A DNA stretch of 64,000 nt from Actinomycetes bacterium (lineage in GTDB: Bacteria; Actinomycetota; Acidimicrobiia; Acidimicrobiales; JABEUL01). The notes beneath the pieces were generated by a model. The model ran no database searches. It worked only from the letters and a program-made list of their open reading frames with translations, and had not been told where the DNA came from. Of the stretch, positions 16,732 through 27,099 are shown one piece after another. The stretch's first letter is position 1; each line of letters begins with the position of its first letter. The stretch lies in NCBI GenBank assembly GCA_021790815.1, contig JAJYFT010000004.1:7524-71523 (forward strand), in the 5' to 3' direction. Both the position numbers and the translations under genes were made by a program.

Positions 16732-19700
16732 GTGAGACCACCAGACCCATTACCTTTAAAGCCTGTATTTACTAAAAAACGCCTGATTGTCGCGTCCATA
16801 ATAATTATCTTAATTATTATTCTCGCTTCCCTAAAAGGCGTTGCCACTTTTTATGCGACCTACCTATGGTTTCAAAGCATTAACAGCTACCAAGTGTGGA
16901 AAACCAATCTTTATGCGAAGTTTGAGCTTGGAACGGTCTTCATAGGATCATTTTTTATATTTGCTTGGCTCAATCTTCTCATTGCAGATAAATTTGCCCC
17001 TCAAGATATTCACATTCAAAATGAAGACAGTGTTGTGAGTCGTTACCTCCAGATAGTTCCAAAACGAGCACTGTTAATAAGGACTGCCGTTTCCCTTCTT
17101 TTAGCAGTTTTTGTTGGATCAAGTGCTATCAGCGAATGGCAAAACTGGTTACTATTCACACACTCCCAGTCCTTCGGGAAAACAGATCCTCAATTTCATC
17201 TTGATGCTGGATTTTTTGTTTTTAAATTACCTTTTCTATCGTGGCTCTCTGGTTGGGTTTTTGCCGCGTTACTTGTTACGCTTATCCTATCGGCACTTGT
17301 TCATTATTTAAACGGCGGAATATCTGTTGAAAACCAAAAGTTGAAAGCCACCGCTAGCGTTAAAGCTCACCTGTCACTTCTGTTGGGTCTAGTTGGATTA
17401 GAAAAAGCAGCTTCGTACTACTATGTCAGCAGACCAACATTAGATCTTTCATCTCGCGGAGTCGTAAGCGGCGCAAGTTACACAGACATACATATTCAGC
17501 TACCAGCAATATCTTTATTAACAATTATTTCAATTGCTGCCGCAATAATATTTTTGATAAACATTTACCTTCGTGGATGGAAATTACCGGTAATTGCGGT
17601 GAGCCTATGGGTACTTGTCTCTCTTATTGCTGGTGTGCTATATCCCCAAGTAATTCAAACCTTTAAAGTACAGCCTGCCCAAAGCACTTTAGAACTCCCT
17701 TACATTCAAAGAAACATTGAGGCTACTCGTTTTGCGCTCGGGTTAGACAAAATTAATACAGTGTCATATCAAGCTAGTCAAAATGCAACGGTTAATCAAC
17801 TCTCAAACGATGCACCCAGCATAAATGACGTAAGACTTTGGGACTGGGAATACACACTAGCTACGTATGAAAAATATCAAGATATTAAAAACTACTATCA
17901 ATTTACAACTCTTGCATACGACAGATACATGGTGAATGGCACCTTAACTCCTGTGATAATTGGGATAAGGCAGATAAACTCTGGTGGCCTTCCGGCACAA
18001 TCTTGGGTTAACCAACACCTTCAATACACGCATGGATATGGAGCAATAATTTCACAAGGAAATTATGCTGCCAATGATGGAACGCCTCAGTTCCCGATCG
18101 GAGATGTCCCTCCCGTGTCTTCTGAAGGAACCCCTACAATAACTCAACCCGACGTATATTTTGGCGTCAACCAAGGTGGATACGTGATTGCAGATTCTAA
18201 ACAAGCTGAAATAGATTACCAATCTGCATCAGGGAACCCAATAGAAAGTCACTATCAAGGCAATGGAGGAGTATCAGTTGGATCGATTTGGAGAAAGCTG
18301 ACATATGCGCTTTACTTTGGTGATTACAACATACTATTCTCTAATTTGATAGGAAGCTCATCGCAAATTCTTTACAACCAAGACATCCATCAACGAGTGG
18401 CAACTGTCGCACCCTTTTTATCTTTAGATGCAGATCCATACCCGATAATTCTAAACGGCCAACTTTACTGGCTTCAGGATGCCTATACAACAAGTGATAC
18501 ATACCCCTACTCACAACAAGCAACCGCACAAACAGTCAGTGCTCTTAACCCAAACAGTGGGCTTGCATCAGCTCCTTTTAACTACGTTAGAAACTCTGTA
18601 AAAGTACTGGTAAATGCATACACGGGTAAAATGACTTTTTATGTCATGGACCCATCAGATCCAATAATTCGCGCTTGGGAGTCAATCTATCCTCATCTCT
18701 TCACTCCAGTTTCACAGATGTCAAGTGACCTTAAAAATCACCTCCGATACCCAGAGGATCTTTTTTCAGTTCAGGCTGGATACTGGGGACGCTACCACAT
18801 CACAAATCCAGTTGACTTTTATAATGCAGCGGATTCGTGGATGATTTCGCAAGCTCCGTCAAATAATGTTCCTAACGCTACAAACCAACCGAGCCCTCCA
18901 GCAACTCCAATTAACCCCAACGGCCGCTACTCACCTAACTACGAACTTGTTACTCTGCCTGGTCAATCACAACCTTCATTTGACCTTCTTGAACCTTTTG
19001 TGCCTGCTTCAACAAGCAACGGTTCCAATGACAAACAACAGATTTTAACTTCATTTTTGACTGCTTCCTCTGACCCTGGTTCGTATGGCACACTTACCAA
19101 CTATGTAACACCTAGAGGCCAGTCAGTAGATGGCCCAGCCCTTGCAAGCTCAAGAATTGACTCCGTTCCGGCTGTATCTCAACAGATTACTCTTCTGTCT
19201 CAACAAGGTTCAACCGTAACATTAGGAACCGTTCAAATACTTCCGGTAGGGCAGTCTCTTCTATACATTCGGCCCATGTATGTTGCATCTTCTACCAACG
19301 CGATACCAACTTTAAAATATGTAATTGTAATTTACGGAAATAACGTTGCGCTAGAACCAACTTTGGGACAAGCACTTAGTGATGTGTTTGGAGCGACAAT
19401 TCCTGGTGTTACATCTACACTTGGCCCCCCAACATCTGTGTCTAGTGGCCAAACTCCTGGTCAGCCATCTGGACCTACTTCATCAGAAGTAACCAGTCTA
19501 TTGGCACAAGCTCAAGCAGAGTTTACTCAGGCAAATCAAGAACTTTCAAGCGGTAACCTTGGCGCCTACCAAAGTGATGAGAACAAGGCAAATAGCTACG
19601 TATCTCAGGCATTAGCTCTTTCTGGGAATAGTGCGCCAAGCTCACCGAGCACAAGTTCACCTGGTGCTCACGGTGTTGTTGGCACAACTACAACTACCAC

Positions 19701-19764
19701 TTTAAGTTCGTCGGCTACTACTACCTCACCAACACAAACATCAAAGCCACCAAATTCAGCTTAA
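16732..19764 (+). CDS. UPF0182 family membrane protein
   Basis: LWFQS, FG.TDPQF.LD.GFFVF.LP, GASYTD, WVNQHLQYTHGYG, NYVRNSVK and HLRYPEDLF motifs, with an S/T-rich tail. Confidence 0.95.
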   Translation: MRPPDPLPLKPVFTKKRLIVASIIIILIIILASLKGVATFYATYLWFQSINSYQVWKTNLYAKFELGTVFIGSFFIFAWLNLLIADKFAPQDIHIQNEDSVVSRYLQIVPKRALLIRTAVSLLLAVFVGSSAISEWQNWLLFTHSQSFGKTDPQFHLDAGFFVFKLPFLSWLSGWVFAALLVTLILSALVHYLNGGISVENQKLKATASVKAHLSLLLGLVGLEKAASYYYVSRPTLDLSSRGVVSGASYTDIHIQLPAISLLTIISIAAAIIFLINIYLRGWKLPVIAVSLWVLVSLIAGVLYPQVIQTFKVQPAQSTLELPYIQRNIEATRFALGLDKINTVSYQASQNATVNQLSNDAPSINDVRLWDWEYTLATYEKYQDIKNYYQFTTLAYDRYMVNGTLTPVIIGIRQINSGGLPAQSWVNQHLQYTHGYGAIISQGNYAANDGTPQFPIGDVPPVSSEGTPTITQPDVYFGVNQGGYVIADSKQAEIDYQSASGNPIESHYQGNGGVSVGSIWRKLTYALYFGDYNILFSNLIGSSSQILYNQDIHQRVATVAPFLSLDADPYPIILNGQLYWLQDAYTTSDTYPYSQQATAQTVSALNPNSGLASAPFNYVRNSVKVLVNAYTGKMTFYVMDPSDPIIRAWESIYPHLFTPVSQMSSDLKNHLRYPEDLFSVQAGYWGRYHITNPVDFYNAADSWMISQAPSNNVPNATNQPSPPATPINPNGRYSPNYELVTLPGQSQPSFDLLEPFVPASTSNGSNDKQQILTSFLTASSDPGSYGTLTNYVTPRGQSVDGPALASSRIDSVPAVSQQITLLSQQGSTVTLGTVQILPVGQSLLYIRPMYVASSTNAIPTLKYVIVIYGNNVALEPTLGQALSDVFGATIPGVTSTLGPPTSVSSGQTPGQPSGPTSSEVTSLLAQAQAEFTQANQELSSGNLGAYQSDENKANSYVSQALALSGNSAPSSPSTSSPGAHGVVGTTTTTTLSSSATTTSPTQTSKPPNSA

Positions 19765-19767
19765 TGA

Positions 19768-20643
19768 ATGAAAAGTAAAACAAGTTATGACGAGAAATAC
19801 GTCAACATATCTGAAACCTTAAAAATCCACTATTTTGATTCATCAGTTGGTAATATTACGTTTCTTTTAGTCCACGGGTTGTCATCCAACTTACATCTAT
19901 TCGATGGCGTAGCATCTGAACTCATGAACTTTGGTTACCGCGTAATAACTTTGGATCAACGAGGGCATGGTGGTTCCTGTAAGCCAGATTCAGGTTACGA
20001 CTTTGACTCGATTACCAATGATTTAAAACTATTCATTGATAGCGTTGGGATTCGAGAACATTTTGTGTTGGTCGGACAATCTTGGGGAGGTAATGTAGTT
20101 TTAGACTTTGCATCTAGATATCACCTGACTAATCTAATCGGAGTTTGTTTAATAGATGGAGGTTTCTTGAACCTTTCAAAAGCTTTTCAAAGTTGGGAAG
20201 ATTGTAAAAAAGTTCTTACTCCTCCTAATTTAGAAGGGATTCAGCGAGATGATTTTGAGAAATTAATCAGAAACCATCATCCAGCGTGGCCAGAGTCGGG
20301 GATTAACGGGACACTTGAAAACTTTGAAATCCTCAAAGATAACACGATTAGGCCTTGGCTAAATATAGACAATCACCTTTTAATTCTAAAGTCACTTTAT
20401 GAGCACAATCCTAATAAGGTTGCAGAAACTGTAACAGTTCCCGTCCTGATTGTCCCAGCCAGTCCATCTAAAGACGAAATTCAATTTAAGAAAGACGGAT
20501 TAGCTGAAATAGATGGAATTTTAAAAGAATCTAGAACAAAGTGGTTTTTTGAATCTGACCACGATATACATGCGGAACATCCACACGAACTCGCTCTTCT
20601 GCTACATGAATCTTTGGAACAGAACTTTTTTAAAGTACATTGA
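19768..20643 (+). CDS. Alpha/beta-fold hydrolase
   Basis: LVHGL, DQRGHG, GQSWGG nucleophile elbow and a C-terminal H-D-I-H. Confidence 0.88.
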   Translation: MKSKTSYDEKYVNISETLKIHYFDSSVGNITFLLVHGLSSNLHLFDGVASELMNFGYRVITLDQRGHGGSCKPDSGYDFDSITNDLKLFIDSVGIREHFVLVGQSWGGNVVLDFASRYHLTNLIGVCLIDGGFLNLSKAFQSWEDCKKVLTPPNLEGIQRDDFEKLIRNHHPAWPESGINGTLENFEILKDNTIRPWLNIDNHLLILKSLYEHNPNKVAETVTVPVLIVPASPSKDEIQFKKDGLAEIDGILKESRTKWFFESDHDIHAEHPHELALLLHESLEQNFFKVH

Positions 20644-20698
20644 TTAATTTCCACCGTTATTTTTACATAGGCGGATTCAAAACTCTCCAAGATGACAC

Positions 20699-21376
20699 TT
20701 ATTTCTTAAACTCATTAACACCTATTCTTGGACACAAATCATTTAGGAAACAGTCGCCACACAACGGTTTTCTGGCATTACAAGTGTCACGACCGTGGAG
20801 AATTAACTGGATAGAGAGAACACCTCTAGAATTTTTTGGGACTATCTCGTTTAAGACATGTTCGATCTTTACGGGATCATCTTCTTCAGCTAGACCAAGC
20901 CTTTTTGAAAGTCTTGTAACATGAGTGTCTACGGGCAACCCAGGAAGATCAAACGCCACACTTCTAACTACATTTGCTGTTTTTCTGCCAACTCCGGGGA
21001 GGGTGACTAGATCTTCGATCCTTCTGGGCACCATTCCGCCGAACTGCTCTTCAAGAACACATGCCATAGCCTTGATATTTTTAGCTTTCGAGTTAAAAAA
21101 ACCAGTGGACCTAATCAAATTCTGCAAAGACTCAAGATCAGAATTTGCCATTGATTTTGGATCAGGATACTCTTTGAAAAGTTTCGGAGTTACGATATTT
21201 ACTCTTTCATCGGTGCACTGCGCAGATAAAATAGTTGCTACTAAGAGTTGGAACGGGTTCTCATATTTCAATGCACATAGGGAAGAAGCGGTTCCGGGGT
21301 ATTTTTTCCTTAATCGCCGTCTAATCTCATCTAACCGTATCTTTACTATTTGAGATCGATTCATAGATTTACACAC
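20699..21376 (-). CDS. nth: Endonuclease III
   Basis: LLVATILSAQCTD, HhH LPGVGRKTANVV, PVDTHV and the C-x6-C-x2-C-x5-C Fe-S motif. Confidence 0.95.
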   Translation of the reverse strand: MCKSMNRSQIVKIRLDEIRRRLRKKYPGTASSLCALKYENPFQLLVATILSAQCTDERVNIVTPKLFKEYPDPKSMANSDLESLQNLIRSTGFFNSKAKNIKAMACVLEEQFGGMVPRRIEDLVTLPGVGRKTANVVRSVAFDLPGLPVDTHVTRLSKRLGLAEEDDPVKIEHVLNEIVPKNSRGVLSIQLILHGRDTCNARKPLCGDCFLNDLCPRIGVNEFKK

Positions 21377-21405
21377 TACTATTCAAAATAAACTATCTTC
21401 TTATA

Positions 21406-22338
21406 GTGGCACAAATTGAAGTCAAACAGCGTATCGACGAAAACGATATCGCCGAAATCGCATGGTTAATTAAGGTTGCATCGGAATTTGATGCCCATAA
21501 AGCAATCGGTGATCACGCTTATATCGACCTTGTGCTTGGAGGACGTATTGGATTTAGAGGTTTTGTTGCAAAGACTGAAAAACACCCTCATATTTTAGGA
21601 TATGCTCAAATCTCTAGAGGTCCAACCAGCTGGGGGCTCGAATATGTCGTACACCCAAATCACCGTGATGTCGACATCGAAATACAATTGATCAACAAAG
21701 CACTGGAAGAAATAGAGCTTCAGGGAGGAGGTCACGTACATCTGTGGATACCAAAACCAAATCCAAAAGATGATGAAATTGCTGAATCTATAGGGCTAAA
21801 AAAAGGCCGTGATCTTTTTCAAATGAGAGCTGTGCTAACTGAGGCGTTTGATTCAGGGAAAATACCTTGCAGACCCTTTCAACCAGAGGATACAGAGCAG
21901 TGGCTGCTACTTAACAATGAAGCATTTAAAAATCATCCCGAACAGGGAAATTGGGACAAGGAGACGCTTCGATCTCGCCAAATGGAAAGCTGGTATAGCG
22001 ATGAGGACTTCTTAATATTCGATGATCCTTCTTTACCTGATGGAAGATTAGCTGCTTCATGTTGGATAAAACTTCACGATGATGATGAAACTATTACTGG
22101 AGAAATTTATGTAGTTTCGGTCAGTCCTGACCTTCAAAATACAGGTTTTGGGAAAAAAGTGGTCGCGTGTGGCTTAAATCACATCTTAAACAAGGGAATT
22201 CATAATTCAATGCTCTACGTCGATTCCGACAATTTACCAGCACTAAAGATTTACAAAGATCTCGGATTCAATGTCGACCACATTGACAGAGCATACGTTT
22301 ACGACGTACCTACTCCAACCAATGATCCAACGCCATAA
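21406..22338 (+). CDS. mshD: Mycothiol synthase (tandem GNAT)
   Basis: VVHP.HR, NNEAF.NHPEQG.W, CWIKLH, GEIYVV and LYVDSDN motifs. Confidence 0.88.
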   Translation: MAQIEVKQRIDENDIAEIAWLIKVASEFDAHKAIGDHAYIDLVLGGRIGFRGFVAKTEKHPHILGYAQISRGPTSWGLEYVVHPNHRDVDIEIQLINKALEEIELQGGGHVHLWIPKPNPKDDEIAESIGLKKGRDLFQMRAVLTEAFDSGKIPCRPFQPEDTEQWLLLNNEAFKNHPEQGNWDKETLRSRQMESWYSDEDFLIFDDPSLPDGRLAASCWIKLHDDDETITGEIYVVSVSPDLQNTGFGKKVVACGLNHILNKGIHNSMLYVDSDNLPALKIYKDLGFNVDHIDRAYVYDVPTPTNDPTP

Positions 22339-22997
22339 GTCACGCCAGCAGCCAGAGCTGCAACGCATATTTGTCTAAAAGCAGACTTAACCATTGACCG
22401 ACCAGTAAAACGAGCTAAAGAAACCCCAATTGTTGCTGATGAAATAAACCCTAAACCAATAGAAGCTAGTATCGCGCCATTCCCTTGAATTACCAACCAA
22501 GGGATCAATGGAATAAAGGCCCCAACTATAAAAGCAAACAGTGACGCCGTCGCCGCTTTAAGAGGCGAACCTAAATTGTAAGGATCAATTCCCAACTCTT
22601 CACGGGCATGAACTTCCAGAGCCATCTTCTCATCCTTCATCATCGCATGTGCAAGTTCACTAGCAAGACGAGGTTCTACTCCTCTGCTTTCATATATATT
22701 AGCTAGTTCTTTTTTCTCGCCTTCTGGATAGAGTTTAAGCTCTTTTCTTTCGACTTCTAGTTCACGTTCTAAAAGCTCCGTTTGTGCCTTCATAGAGACA
22801 TACTCTCCCGCTGCCATAGAAAATGCACCGGCAATCATTCCGGCTACCCCAGCCAACCTCACGATACTACTAGCAGGGTGAGCCCCAGCCACGCCTAGAA
22901 TCAGAGAAACGTTCGTAACAAGACCGTCGCTTGCACCGAAAATACCTGCCCTTACGGCGCCTCCGTGAAGGTCTCTATGATGAACTAACTCCTCCAT
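22299..22997 (-). CDS. VIT1/CCC1 family Fe/Mn transporter
   Basis: RAGIFGASDGLV, AGAFSMAAGEYVS and HAREELGI motifs. Confidence 0.92.
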   Translation of the reverse strand: MEELVHHRDLHGGAVRAGIFGASDGLVTNVSLILGVAGAHPASSIVRLAGVAGMIAGAFSMAAGEYVSMKAQTELLERELEVERKELKLYPEGEKKELANIYESRGVEPRLASELAHAMMKDEKMALEVHAREELGIDPYNLGSPLKAATASLFAFIVGAFIPLIPWLVIQGNGAILASIGLGFISSATIGVSLARFTGRSMVKSAFRQICVAALAAGVTYGVGSLVGVGTS

Positions 22998-23019
22998 ACC
23001 CTTAAGATTAGCTTAATAT

Positions 23020-23040
23020 TTTTAGGTACTTGACCTAAAA
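23020..23040. promoter_or_regulatory. Palindromic operator resembling a DtxR/MntR-family box
   Basis: TTTTAGGT-acttg-ACCTAAAA over the inferred -35 region of the VIT1/CCC1 gene. Confidence 0.5.
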
Positions 23041-23378
23041 CTGCCACGATATGTTACTCCTTCAAGTTGGAATCACGAGTGTAACGTTCACAAAAGCTAA
23101 TTTAATTGAAGTCAGAGCATCATAAAGAGAAATACTTTACCGAAGTGCGATATATTGCAGTACGCGTAGTTACGCAAGATTAGTGAGATATTTTATGTTG
23201 CAATAATTAGGTCTTCATCATAAGAAAAGTGTCCTTAACTTCACCAATAACATTTCTCGTGAACAAAAGATCTTCTATTAAGGGGCTATTGTAGTTTTTA
23301 GCAACTATGAATATTACGCAATCTCACGGCAAGTCCATATGCAACCAAATCAATTAGACTTAAATCAACAAACAGACC

Positions 23379-24419
23379 ATGAAAAAAACTCGCTACGATA
23401 TAAATAAAAATGAAATTAATCTAATTCTTCCTGAGCTAGCGCCGTTTCGGATCAACCAAATTTGGCATGCACTTTACGAGGAACTCGTCGATCCAAGTCA
23501 AGCTACGTCACTACCTAAAAATATTCGCGAAATGGTCAAACATTCTTCGGAGTTCAAATCTGCGCTTAGCTTGACAAAGTCAAGCATTACCGATCACGGG
23601 CTCACCAACAAATTACTCTTTGCGCTAAACGATGGAAGTTTGATCGAAAGCGTACTTATGCACTACAATCGTTGGTCAACTATTTGCGTATCGACTCAAG
23701 CTGGTTGCGCAATGAATTGCAAATTCTGTGCTACCGGACAAATGGGTTTCACGAGGCATCTGTCAAGAGGCGAGATCCTAGAACAAATAGTAAATGGTTC
23801 TATTGAGACCAGAAACTCATTTCCCCACAGATCTCTTAGCAACATTGTCTTTATGGGGATGGGAGAACCGCTACTAAATTACGAAGCGGTTGTAGGGGCG
23901 ATAAGAGTTGCAAAAAATGAACTGAAAATTGGTTATCGACATTTTACCATTTCGACGGTTGGAATAGTGCCTGGAATTTTACGTTTAGCCGATGAAAAGA
24001 ATTTGCTTGTAAACCTTGCAATTTCGTTGCATGCAGTTGAAGAAGACTCCAGAAACGAGTTGATCCCGATAAATAAAAGATATCCAATTTCAGCAATCAT
24101 AGATGCTTGTAAATACTATAAAAGCCAAACTAACCGACGAATTTCACTTGAGTATGCAATGATAGGCGGGGTTAATGATGATGAAGCTAGTGGAATAAAA
24201 TTAGCTCAAATTGCAAGAACTTTAAGCGCTCATATCAATTTAATTCCACTTAACGAAACACCTGAATTTATTGGCAAAAGATCACACTTTTCCAAAATAG
24301 ACAAATTTAGAAACCTGCTTATTGATTCTGGTGCTAATGCGACAGTTAGGCAAACGCGAGGTTCCGATATTGACGCAGCATGTGGACAACTAGCTACACT
24401 AGTTAAGGTAAAGAAATGA
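23379..24419 (+). CDS. rlmN: 23S rRNA A2503 C2-methyltransferase (radical SAM)
   Basis: CVSTQAGCAMNCKFCATG, MGMGEP, ISLHA and DIDAACGQL motifs. Confidence 0.94.
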   Translation: MKKTRYDINKNEINLILPELAPFRINQIWHALYEELVDPSQATSLPKNIREMVKHSSEFKSALSLTKSSITDHGLTNKLLFALNDGSLIESVLMHYNRWSTICVSTQAGCAMNCKFCATGQMGFTRHLSRGEILEQIVNGSIETRNSFPHRSLSNIVFMGMGEPLLNYEAVVGAIRVAKNELKIGYRHFTISTVGIVPGILRLADEKNLLVNLAISLHAVEEDSRNELIPINKRYPISAIIDACKYYKSQTNRRISLEYAMIGGVNDDEASGIKLAQIARTLSAHINLIPLNETPEFIGKRSHFSKIDKFRNLLIDSGANATVRQTRGSDIDAACGQLATLVKVKK

Positions 24420-24793
24420 GCGAAAAACACTGGATCAATAAGTCGCAACCACAAACCTTGATGATTGCGATCATACTTTCCTACGTTAATGCGGTATTTG
24501 CCGTATTAAGTCTTTTTTCTGGAGTAAATTCACTACCTTTTTCCGCCCTTGCACTTATCTTAATAGTTCCGCTAGCACAGGGCGGTGCTGCCATTGGAAT
24601 GGCAAATGATAGTAAAATTGCTTGGAGAATTGCTATTGTACTTGCGGTTTCAGTGTTTGCTCTAATTGGCTACATAGCATTCATGTACTCTGTTATCGCA
24701 ACTAACATTATTGGGGTTATCTTTGATGTCGCGATGCTTGTTTTATTAATCCACGACCACACACGAAAATACGTAAACGTCTGGTTCCATTAA
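24416..24793 (+). CDS. Small 4-TM membrane protein of unknown function
   Basis: Hydrophobic 125-aa ORF overlapping the rlmN stop (ATGA). Confidence 0.75.
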   Translation: MSEKHWINKSQPQTLMIAIILSYVNAVFAVLSLFSGVNSLPFSALALILIVPLAQGGAAIGMANDSKIAWRIAIVLAVSVFALIGYIAFMYSVIATNIIGVIFDVAMLVLLIHDHTRKYVNVWFH

Positions 24794-24848
24794 GCTGGCT
24801 CACTAAATTTATTGAGACTTTTTACAAATTTCAGAGACAAGTATGTTT

Positions 24849-26408
24849 TTACGCCTGCTTGCCTCTTCTAGGTTTCGTTCCGCTCTCTTGAACTGGGAGG
24901 ACTTGAGGAGATGGAATCGGCAGTGTAGGTTCAGTCCCAAGTACGGTATTCAAACTACACAGGTTTGGATCTTCATTCGCTGGGAGTGTAGATGCCGGAG
25001 TGGGAAGAGACGGTACCGTGTAATCCGGATTTGCTAAATCAAGGGTAGCCGTCAGGTCGCCTGTAACGCTTCTTCTCCAATCAGAAAGGTTCGGTACTTC
25101 AACTCCAAAGCGTGTTTCTAGAAACCTGAGCGTTGAAGTGTGGTCAAATGTGTCAGAACATACATAACCACCTTTACTAAAGGGTGATACGACTATCATT
25201 GGTACTCTAAATCCGAGTCCAATTGGCCCCGCAATTCCTTTTGCTGTGGCTGGAAGTTGTCCAGTCAAAAATTCACCTTGCGTTCCAGGTTCTGGGACAG
25301 GCGGGGCCACATGATCAAAAAAACCTCCGTTTTCGTCATAAGTAATAAAAACTACTGTTTTAGCCCAAACTTTCGGATTAGCAAATAAATAACCCAAAAG
25401 TTCATTCATAACTTGTTCGCCTCCAAGAGAAGATGCTGGTGGATGCTCTTGATTTGGAAGTGGCGTATTAATCCAACTCACTTGTGGGAGGTTTCCTGAT
25501 GCAACATCGCTCTTAAAGTCATCTGGCCAAGATGGGGTAAACGCGTTCCTATTGTTTTCTCCAGAAGAGTTAAGAATCTGACTAAAGTACAGAAGTGGGT
25601 TATCTGATGTAATAGCACCCAAGGAAGTTTTCGGAGCGTAAGCAGCTCCTCTTGGTTCATAGAATTTCCATGAAATTCCATTTGAAGTTAAACGTTCTGG
25701 CATTGTGGTCCAATGTACCGAACCTTCATATCCAACATCTGCTCTTGTTGTTAATACCGGTCCACCAAACTTTCCTGATGGGTCCAACATCCCAGAGATA
25801 GACATAACTCTATTAGGGTGAGTTGGCCCAAGAACTGAACAGTGATAAGCATCACAAATCGTATAGGCATCGGCTAAAGAGTAGTAGTAGGGAAGATCTT
25901 GTCTCATGTAGTAACCCATTGCATTACGACCCGCATTTGGACCATCTTTAATAATGTGAACCGATCCAAATCCGTCTAATTTGCCATTATCCCAGTACCC
26001 GTGTTGGCTCTCCCAAAAATGATCGATATCTGTCGTGCACGAAGCAGGTTCGTTTAGCGTATCGAAGTGAAATGGCATTAACTTTCCAATTGGAGCTGAC
26101 GAAGTATTTGCAACAAAATCTTGGCTCAAAACACTCGGATCATTCTTAATCGCATTTGCAAATCCATTCACACCTTTTAGAGTCCCGTAGTAACAATCAA
26201 AGGATCTGTTTTCCTGCATTACAATAATAACATGTTCGATTTGCGACAAACCTTTTGCTTTGATAGTGGTAGATGCTACTTTATTACTTGGCGATGAGCA
26301 AGCGTCTAAAAGGCTTGACGATGCCAAAACTCCTCCAACCATTAACGCTGAAGATCCAAGAAACTTCCTTCTAGAAATACTGCTAACGGTGTGCGATTCA
26401 TTATCCAC
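24849..26408 (-). CDS. Phosphoesterase / non-hemolytic phospholipase C family protein, predicted Tat lipoprotein
   Basis: MQENRSFD, GPTHPNR, EHP, TYDENGGFFDH and GFRVP motifs. SRRKFLG Tat motif, LDAC lipobox-like site and a strong AAAGGAGG SD. Confidence 0.9.
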   Translation of the reverse strand: MDNESHTVSSISRRKFLGSSALMVGGVLASSSLLDACSSPSNKVASTTIKAKGLSQIEHVIIVMQENRSFDCYYGTLKGVNGFANAIKNDPSVLSQDFVANTSSAPIGKLMPFHFDTLNEPASCTTDIDHFWESQHGYWDNGKLDGFGSVHIIKDGPNAGRNAMGYYMRQDLPYYYSLADAYTICDAYHCSVLGPTHPNRVMSISGMLDPSGKFGGPVLTTRADVGYEGSVHWTTMPERLTSNGISWKFYEPRGAAYAPKTSLGAITSDNPLLYFSQILNSSGENNRNAFTPSWPDDFKSDVASGNLPQVSWINTPLPNQEHPPASSLGGEQVMNELLGYLFANPKVWAKTVVFITYDENGGFFDHVAPPVPEPGTQGEFLTGQLPATAKGIAGPIGLGFRVPMIVVSPFSKGGYVCSDTFDHTSTLRFLETRFGVEVPNLSDWRRSVTGDLTATLDLANPDYTVPSLPTPASTLPANEDPNLCSLNTVLGTEPTLPIPSPQVLPVQESGTKPRRGKQA

Positions 26409-26535
26409 AGTGAAAACCTCCTTTCAATAATTTAGTCTGTCAAAGTACTAACGTAGGGTTTAAACTCATAATGGCTATTTACCTGGATCAATACAATTTC
26501 AAACGCGGTCATGAGATTTCGTTTAAATTTTAGAT

Positions 26536-26991
26536 ATGGCAACAGAAATTGAAAATATTGAAGGATTTGAAAAATATCTCGGGTCTGAACTGGGAGTCAG
26601 CAGATGGCATCTTGTAACTCAGGAGCAGGTAAACTTGTTTGCTGATGCGACTGGCGACCATCAGTGGATCCATGTTGATCCTGAAAAAGCTAAATTGGGA
26701 CCTTTTGGCGGTCCAATTGCCCACGGTTATTTAACTCTATCCTTGGCACCAGTTCTTTTAGGTGAAATCTTAAGCGTAAAGGGAATTAGTTTCGGCGTTA
26801 ACTATGGGTGCAACAAAGTTAGGTTTCCCTCACCTGTTATGGTAGGGAATAGAATCAGGATTCGTGCTGTTCTCTTTTCACTTGATAAGTTTGACGGTGG
26901 TGCTCAAGCCCAAATTAATTTAACATTTGAACAAGAAAACACAGAGAAACCTTGTTGCGTAGCTGAAGTAATTTATCGCTACTACAATTAA
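26536..26991 (+). CDS. MaoC-family dehydratase
   Basis: FADATGDHQWIHVD, IAHGYLTLS and NYG.NKVRFP motifs. Confidence 0.92.
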   Translation: MATEIENIEGFEKYLGSELGVSRWHLVTQEQVNLFADATGDHQWIHVDPEKAKLGPFGGPIAHGYLTLSLAPVLLGEILSVKGISFGVNYGCNKVRFPSPVMVGNRIRIRAVLFSLDKFDGGAQAQINLTFEQENTEKPCCVAEVIYRYYN

Positions 26992-27099
26992 ATAAACTTT
27001 TATTACTAAAAATACCTTGGCCCATCTTAAATAATCGGTGACGAATTAAAAGTTGTTTGCAGGCAACTAGGCTGATTGATTTTCCACATTTAGAAAATG

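Noticed and set aside
19740-19800. tRNA gene after UPF0182, as in many actinobacteria
   Set aside because: The next CDS starts 3 bp after the stop and no cloverleaf is visible.
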